64,000 nt of DNA from Microthyrium microscopicum (Eukaryota), in assembly GCA_010405405.1 (NCBI GenBank), contig MU004233.1, positions 2,148,539 to 2,212,538 of the forward strand, read 5' to 3'. Shown here piece by piece: positions 57,833-64,000 of the stretch (position 1 is its first letter; each line of letters begins with the position of its first letter). The notes below the pieces were generated by a model. That model made no database searches. It worked only from the letters and a program-made list of their open reading frames with translations, and was not told the origin of the DNA. The translations under genes were made by a program, and so were the position numbers.

Positions 57833-59849
57833 TAGAAAGGGATATCTAATTATAGGCGTAATATGTAGATAAGATTAATATCTATATTATATTATTAAAT
57901 AGTAGTAATTTTGCTTTAGAACTATACTATAACGTTAAGGGGTTATAATCTTATTTAGAGTTAATTTAGTATTAAACTACTATTAATTAATAAATATTTA
58001 AATCCTAGTAGTATATTTAATAATTAGATATATCCTAAAAGGCTAAAACTAGGTAATTTTAGTAGTATAGAATAGTTATAGTATTTATTAAAAATATTAA
58101 AGTTATAAAGTAAAGTTAGATATTCTTATTAAATAAGAGAAATTAATAAGGTAGGGTTAGCTAATTATTTAACCCTTCTATATACTTTTAAAGCTTTTAG
58201 TGTCTATTATAAGATTTATATAAAAACTATATTCTAACGCTACTACTAAATTATATAAAGAATACTAGAATATTCTTACTAATATCTATTGCCTATAAGA
58301 CCCTTTAATAACTCCTTTATCTCTATTATCTCTAAGCATAATCTATTTACCTCTTCCCTTAGGTCTATAACTTTACCTCCTTTACTACTACTACTATTAC
58401 TTATACGATTATCTACTTCTTTATTACTATAATGATTATTTCTATCTCTAAAGGCTTAAATTACTAATTTAGATATCTTAATAATTATATCTTTAATAGA
58501 AAGAATTCTTTTAGCCTTTCGCTAGTTTATATATATATACATATAAAGGCTTAATATAGGATTACCTCTAATTATAGTAATAGAAATTAACAACACTTTA
58601 AGTAAAATAGGACCTATAGAATTAGGCTAAGGACTTCTATTAAGCTAAGGACTATCTAGTATAATAATTAGTATATTATTAAAGCTAAATAGTTAATCTT
58701 TAGTTACTAATATCTCTTTAGAAATATTTAATAATATCTTAATATTACTACTTCCTAGAGGCAAATTAAGAGATAATTTACCTCTATCTTTTATCCTTAG
58801 AGCTATATTATCTTATACTCTAAAGCTATTATATATCCTTAGCCTCTTAGTCTTATTCTTAGTCTTTTTAGCTAAGATAAGGTTATTATACCTTATTTAA
58901 ATAAGTTTAAATTAATCTAATATTTATCTAAATTTATTATATAGTATATTATAGCCTAAATACTCTTCCTTCTTATTAATTCTTTAAGGAATTATCTTCT
59001 TTACTATAGCTTAGTATATAGCGCTAAAGAGCCCTTTTAGTAGTCCTAAATTCTTCTTCCTCTTTAAAAAATTAGCTATCCTTAGCTACTACTAAATCTT
59101 CTATCTACTAAGGGCGTTACTACTAATACTACTATAAAATTAATTCTTTCTAAATAATAATATAAAATATTTATTAACTCTTATTTACCCTATTAAAGAT
59201 GCTACTTTTTATCCTTATTAGTACTAAATATTAGCGTTAAAAAGGGCTAAGTAGTAGAAACTAGGATTTTAGGTAAGTTAACTTCTCTCTAGCTCTATAT
59301 AAGTAATATTAATATAAACTGCCCTAAAGATAGCAAGATAGTACTATTTTAGTATATAGGGCTATATTATTACTAAAGCTAGGCCTATTATAAAGTAGCT
59401 TGCATAGAATTAGTCTTCTAGTTAAATAAGTCTTAGATAACCTAGCTATTACTATTTTAGCTAAAATAAGGCCTAAAGTATACTATTTACGTAAGGGCTA
59501 TCTTATTAACTTTATAGAGGCCTAGAGACAATTCCTAAAGCTATAATTTTTACTATTAAACCTAAGATTCTTACTAAAATAGAGGGTACTAAATTAACTT
59601 CGCTAGTAAGTTATTTACGCTATTAGAAGAAGTATTTAATAAGTATTAAAGATTTAATTATATACTAATAATTAAAATAGATTTATATAGTATTTTACTA
59701 TCTATAGCTATACTAGTATTTAATAAAACTTTATTAACTTTAACGACTTTAATATATATTCTTAACGATATTCCTAGACCTATAGATTAATAGAATATAG
59801 TTAAATTAGACTCTAAGCTAGTCCTATCTTAGCCTTGCTAAACCTAATC

Positions 59850-59918
59850 TAGAATAAGAATATTATATTAAGCCGCTAGATATTATATCTAGCGGCTTAA
59901 CATAGATTTCTTATTCTA
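59850..59918. repeat. Subterminal palindrome/hairpin inside the transposon
   Basis: Perfect 16-bp arms TTAAGCCGCTAGATAT-T-ATATCTAGCGGCTTAA (59868-59900), plus outer 11-bp arms TAGAATAAGAA/TTCTTATTCTA. Confidence 0.9.
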
Positions 59919-61548
59919 ACCAAAATAGGCGAAGATTAGCAAGAGAATTCTTCTTTTTTGGGGTTGCTGAACATCCCCAATAGTTCCACATTTTGCTTGG
60001 ACCAATTTTTAGTCGAAGATCAATATTAAATCTAACCGAGCAAGCGGTTCACATCTTGAACAATCCCAGCCAAGCTGACAGATGATCAGTAAAAGTTACC
60101 TCCACAAAGGTGACCTTGAGATGATGATCTCTTGGATCTCCACTGGTTAGTGAGTGATTCTGAACAGTTAGCATCCAGTAGAGAGTTGGGAAAAGAAAAC
60201 GTGAGTCAACTTTTGTGATTCTACCGTATTCGGTACACAGAAGACCTTGATACTGAGGGATGGTATGTTTCTACTGTTAGGAAGAGACTGGCGTATTCGT
60301 ATGGCTCCGATATCTACCAGCTGCTATGCTCTATTATGCCAGTTGAGAATTTAGTGAAAGCTCTGAAATTTGTACAATTTGCCGTGGCTCAGCCTCTATC
60401 ATTGACCTAGTACCGGTCAAATTATTTGGTATCTAATAATGAGATAGATCCTACGAGGCTACCTACGATAGTACGATATGATCATCGCAGGGAGACCTTG
60501 CAAAACTGCAGCCAACACCACATCAGAACGGCCATGGGTTCTCTTTGTTTCCTTAGGAACAGGCCGAAAAATGCCTGGTAATGGTTACACTGCAGTAGGC
60601 GGAGCAGTTCCGGTGAATACTTACGCTGTGTCGTCTGCAAAATGCCAGTGCAAATCTCCCAATATATCCTCTGTTCGTTCGTGTTGCTCAGTGAATTTGT
60701 TTTCGTCTGCTTTTCGCGCGCCGACAAGTCAGACGCTCTATCCCCATATCCCTCATTGTCATTGAATACTCAACATGGCAGCGCTTGTGATGGGAAGTAA
60801 AGCACTCGATAATATATTGTAGCAGCTGGTGGATACAATGGCTTCTACAAGAAGAGAGGGCGACACTGGCGAGTGCAGTTAAGAAAATAGGCGGAGAAGG
60901 CGTGGGCCGACTGTACTTGGCTAGCAAAAGAGCAGCAAACGGTTAAATTGACTGGCTGGGCTTTGACGGTTTTTAATCTTGGCAGTCTAAGAAATTCTGG
61001 GGCGATCTGCGGGCGTTGAATTCCGCTCACTAAACATGGCGTTTTTATACTTCTTTGAGTGGCTGGAAGACCTTTCATCTCCACAAGCTTGTCAGGCTGT
61101 GACAAGCATTGAGCAGTTCAACCCGACTGAACCGTTCTCTCCTGTCAGTCATGCTTGTTCGTGCCTTGGTAAAGTTACCGAATTTACCTATATTTAGTTC
61201 TAGAGAGAGCTGGGTCTGGCAAAGCTATTCCCAAAGTTTGTCTAGTGATCAACAAGGCTCCTGCTAATTGACCAGAGTTGATGAGAGGCGTTCAACTCAC
61301 GCGACATGGCTCGCTCGTATTGCTGGCTTTAGCAAGTTCGCCCCTGCTTCTAGAAACAATCGTTAGAATAATAACATAGCTTGTTGTCAACTTGTCAGTA
61401 GTTGATATAACTGCCTCGGATTCCGGGTCCGCAAACAGGTCTCCATAACTTTCCATTCGTCGCTCGCTAGAGATATAAACATTGTATCTTTTCTTCGTTT
61501 CATACTATTTTCCTATAACTTTTTGAACATAATACTCATACACTTAAT

Positions 61549-63111
61549 ATGGTTGGTTTCAAACAACTTGCGGGCTCCGTCCTGTTATCTAGTCTAGTGT
61601 CCGCTACTCCATTAGAGAGAAGACAAAATGTTCCAGTTGGGCAAATCATCAATTCTTGCACTCAACCGGGCGTCTTCGCTATTTCCTTTGATGATGGTCC
61701 ATACATTTACACTAGTGGACTTCTCGACACGCTTGATGCCGCTGGTATCAAAGCAACTTTTTTCATGAACGGTCAGAACTACGACAACATCAACAACTAT
61801 GCTACCGTTGTACAACGCATGTCCAACGAGGGTCATCAAGTTGCTTCACACACGTAGGTTGTTGCGTTGTTGGTACTTAAACTTTCGCTCACATATCGCA
61901 GTTGGTCTCACGCCGATTTGGCTACGCTGGATGCCGCTGGAATCACTTCTCAAATGACACAGCTTGAGGCTGCTTTCACATCTATCATCGGCAAAATCCC
62001 AACTTATATGCGACCACCTTACTTCTCTACAAATGCTTTAGTTCTTTCTACTCTTGGTGGTCTTGGATATAAGGTTATCCAGGCCGATGTCGACACATTG
62101 GATTGGGAATATGGTACGATATCCCCCAGCACACATAACTCTGACTATGGCTTCAGAAGTAGCAAAAACTCTGGTAATTCCCATCGCACTTCATGGCTAC
62201 TATAAAGTGCGATGAGACTTCCACAACAAAAGCTAATACTATTTTCAAAACACTCGTTCAACATGTGAAGTACAAAGTCACTCTTTGGCCATGTTTTGTT
62301 AACGAATTACAGGTCCCGAGGGTCAAATTGCGACCTCCGAGCAAATCTTTCAATCTGGTTTGGATTCTGGCGCAACTATCAACCTCTCTCACGATCCTCT
62401 TCCCAACACTATCAGCGATCTCGTCCCATATATGATCAATGCTATCAAGGCCAAGGGTCTACGAGGTAAGTCGTTTGGCTACTTCCAATTCGAACTTTGA
62501 AGCTAATGTGACTTAGGCGTCACTGTGGGCGAGTGCCTTGGCGACGCTGCTGGCAATTGGTACAAGACCACCAGCGGCGGCGGAGGAACCACACCTCCTC
62601 CAAGCGGTGGTGCAACTTCTCCTGATGGAACATGCGGCGGTGCGAACGCTTACGTCTGCCCAAGCGGATTGTGCTGTTCCCAATATGGTTATTGTGATAC
62701 GTAAGACCACCCCAGCGATGCGTTGGTTTCATTCCCAAGCTATGCTTTTCTTGAGCATTACTCTTTACTTTCAAGTACTATCTTACTAGGTCATGGCTGA
62801 CATTTATTTGTATAGTGGAGCAGACTATTGCGGCACAGGATGCCAGTCAACATTTGGTACCTGTACGGGCTCTGGAGGAAGCACTCCACCACCTTCCGGC
62901 GGCGGAACAAGTCCCGATGGTACATGCGGCGGTTCGGCCGGCTACTCGTGTCCCTCAGGTCTATGCTGCTCTCAATATGGATATTGCGACTCGTACGTCA
63001 AGCGTTTTCATCTTTGCGACCATTATCGAGTAGACGGTTGCTAACTTTTCATCTAGTGGTGCGGACTATTGTGGAACTGGATGCCAACCCACATTCGGTC
63101 AATGCTCTTAG
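61549..63111 (+). CDS. Secreted CE4 chitin/polysaccharide deacetylase with two C-terminal CBM18 (hevein) domains
   Basis: Signal peptide and CE4 motifs SFDDGP, HTWSH, RPPY, DTLDW and LSHD. Two repeats of SPDGTCGG..CPSGLCCSQYGYC..GADYCGTGCQ..FG.C. Five introns. Confidence 0.92.
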
Positions 63112-64000
63112 TAGGATTAACAAAAATAGGCAGACGGTGTTTTGATTCGATCCCTCATAATTTAATTTCTAGATTTGGGCGTTAAGCTTTCGAGCTTTTT
63201 AGCATAATACTCCTGGCGATTCAAGTCTATGGACTGGACGCCTTCAATTCCACATCAGCTTTTCTAGCTGTCTTTCCAAATTTGTTGTCATTCGTCAATC
63301 TTTTTGTTCCTCTTTTGACAATAGAACTTGGTCCATCAGGCTCCAATTCTTGGATTCTGTATAGTTGTGTGTTCCACACAAACTTGATGCGCAAATCTAA
63401 GAACGACTTGCTTCATTCTCAGTCCCGATTATTCGCTCAGTATGATGTATTCATATTAATCTCATTCAACATCAAAGCTGCCCAATTTTTTCTCATTCCA
63501 CCATCCTCCAGCCTTGAATACTGAGCTTGTGAGCTCATGCCGTAAACTCAACTGGATTCTACACAAGGCTGAGCGCCTTGAAGCCTAAGAATTGAGGGTT
63601 GTGATTGGCTGGAGCTAGCCAATCAGGTCCAAGCTCTTTTTACAGGCGGACGGACTTTGTGTGAATCGCACCCTAAAAGGCAACGTTGCTTGTTTCCATC
63701 GTCATCTTCTTTTCAACATTGCTCTTGGGGTTTCTGGAGCATTCAAAGTCTTTCATCATGATTCAAGGCCTTCTCCAAGTAAGTCTACTCGAGGCGCTCA
63801 GCATCCATAGCAAAGCTAACAGCTCTAGGCGCTTACGCGCTTTCTGGACAACCCGGCTATACCATGGAAACGTCTTATAATCAGCTTCTCGGTCGGACAG
63901 TTTGTCTTTGAGAATTGGCTGTTGTTGCGCCAGTATGGTGTCTACAGCCGGAATACTGTGCCCAAGACTCTAACCAAGGAGGTGGACCAAAAGACTTTTG

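Larger units (their letters stand above)
56673..59978 (+). mobile_element. RIP-inactivated PIF/Harbinger DNA transposon (3306 bp)
   Basis: Abrupt AT-rich, TpA-rich, stop-riddled block. Imperfect 34-bp TIRs at 56673-56706 and 59945-59978 (25/34 identical, first 12/13: GGGGATGTTYAGC). 3-bp TSD AAT on both sides. Reversing C>T/G>A changes in one + frame recovers Harbinger DDE motifs. Confidence 0.88.

Noticed and set aside
56673..59978. Helitron, LTR relic, centromere or NUMT interpretation of the AT-rich block
   Set aside because: A near-terminal hairpin suggested a Helitron, but TIRs, a 3-bp TSD and in-frame DDE motifs fit PIF/Harbinger. No LTR direct repeats or mitochondrial genes are seen.
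62114..62175. Stwintron or micro-exon inside the long CE4 intron
   Set aside because: Internal AG/GT sites give 11-, 14- or 17-nt exons that shift the frame, and no good reconstituted donor forms.
63602..63625. Inverted CCAAT pair TGATTGGCT-N6-AGCCAATCA
   Set aside because: A real 9-bp inverted repeat, but no associated gene is visible in the window, so function cannot be supported.

Overview
This is fungal (ascomycete, probably Dothideomycete-like) genomic DNA with GT-AG introns. It holds about 24 protein-coding genes and one RIP-mutated DNA transposon. The main feature is a ~26 kb accessory cluster (5.8-32.2 kb) around an intronless non-reducing PKS (SAT-KS-AT-PT-ACP-vestigial ACP-TE) resembling DHN-melanin T4HN synthases. 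The usual melanin partners (THN reductase, scytalone dehydratase, Ayg1, Cmr1) are absent from the window. The cluster instead encodes mostly extracellular redox proteins: three multicopper oxidases of three subfamilies with different T1-copper axial ligands (Leu, Met, Phe), two paralogous stand-alone secreted CDH-type cytochromes (DOMON/AA8) and a DOMON-cytochrome b561 membrane protein. A secreted SnoaL/NTF2-like protein and an MFS exporter complete it. My inference is a naphthol/naphthoquinone-based extracellular electron-transfer or oxidative-coupling system. To the right are a GNAT and a compact, largely housekeeping block: DUF7053-like, histidine phosphatase, securin, tropomyosin, RRP17, GH43, PAP2, serine dehydratase, RPL11/SmB and a GPI protein. 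Next comes a 3.3 kb PIF/Harbinger element with recognisable TIRs, an AAT target-site duplication and DDE motifs, then a CE4 deacetylase with two CBM18 domains. All family calls come from motif recognition by eye; no database searches were run.
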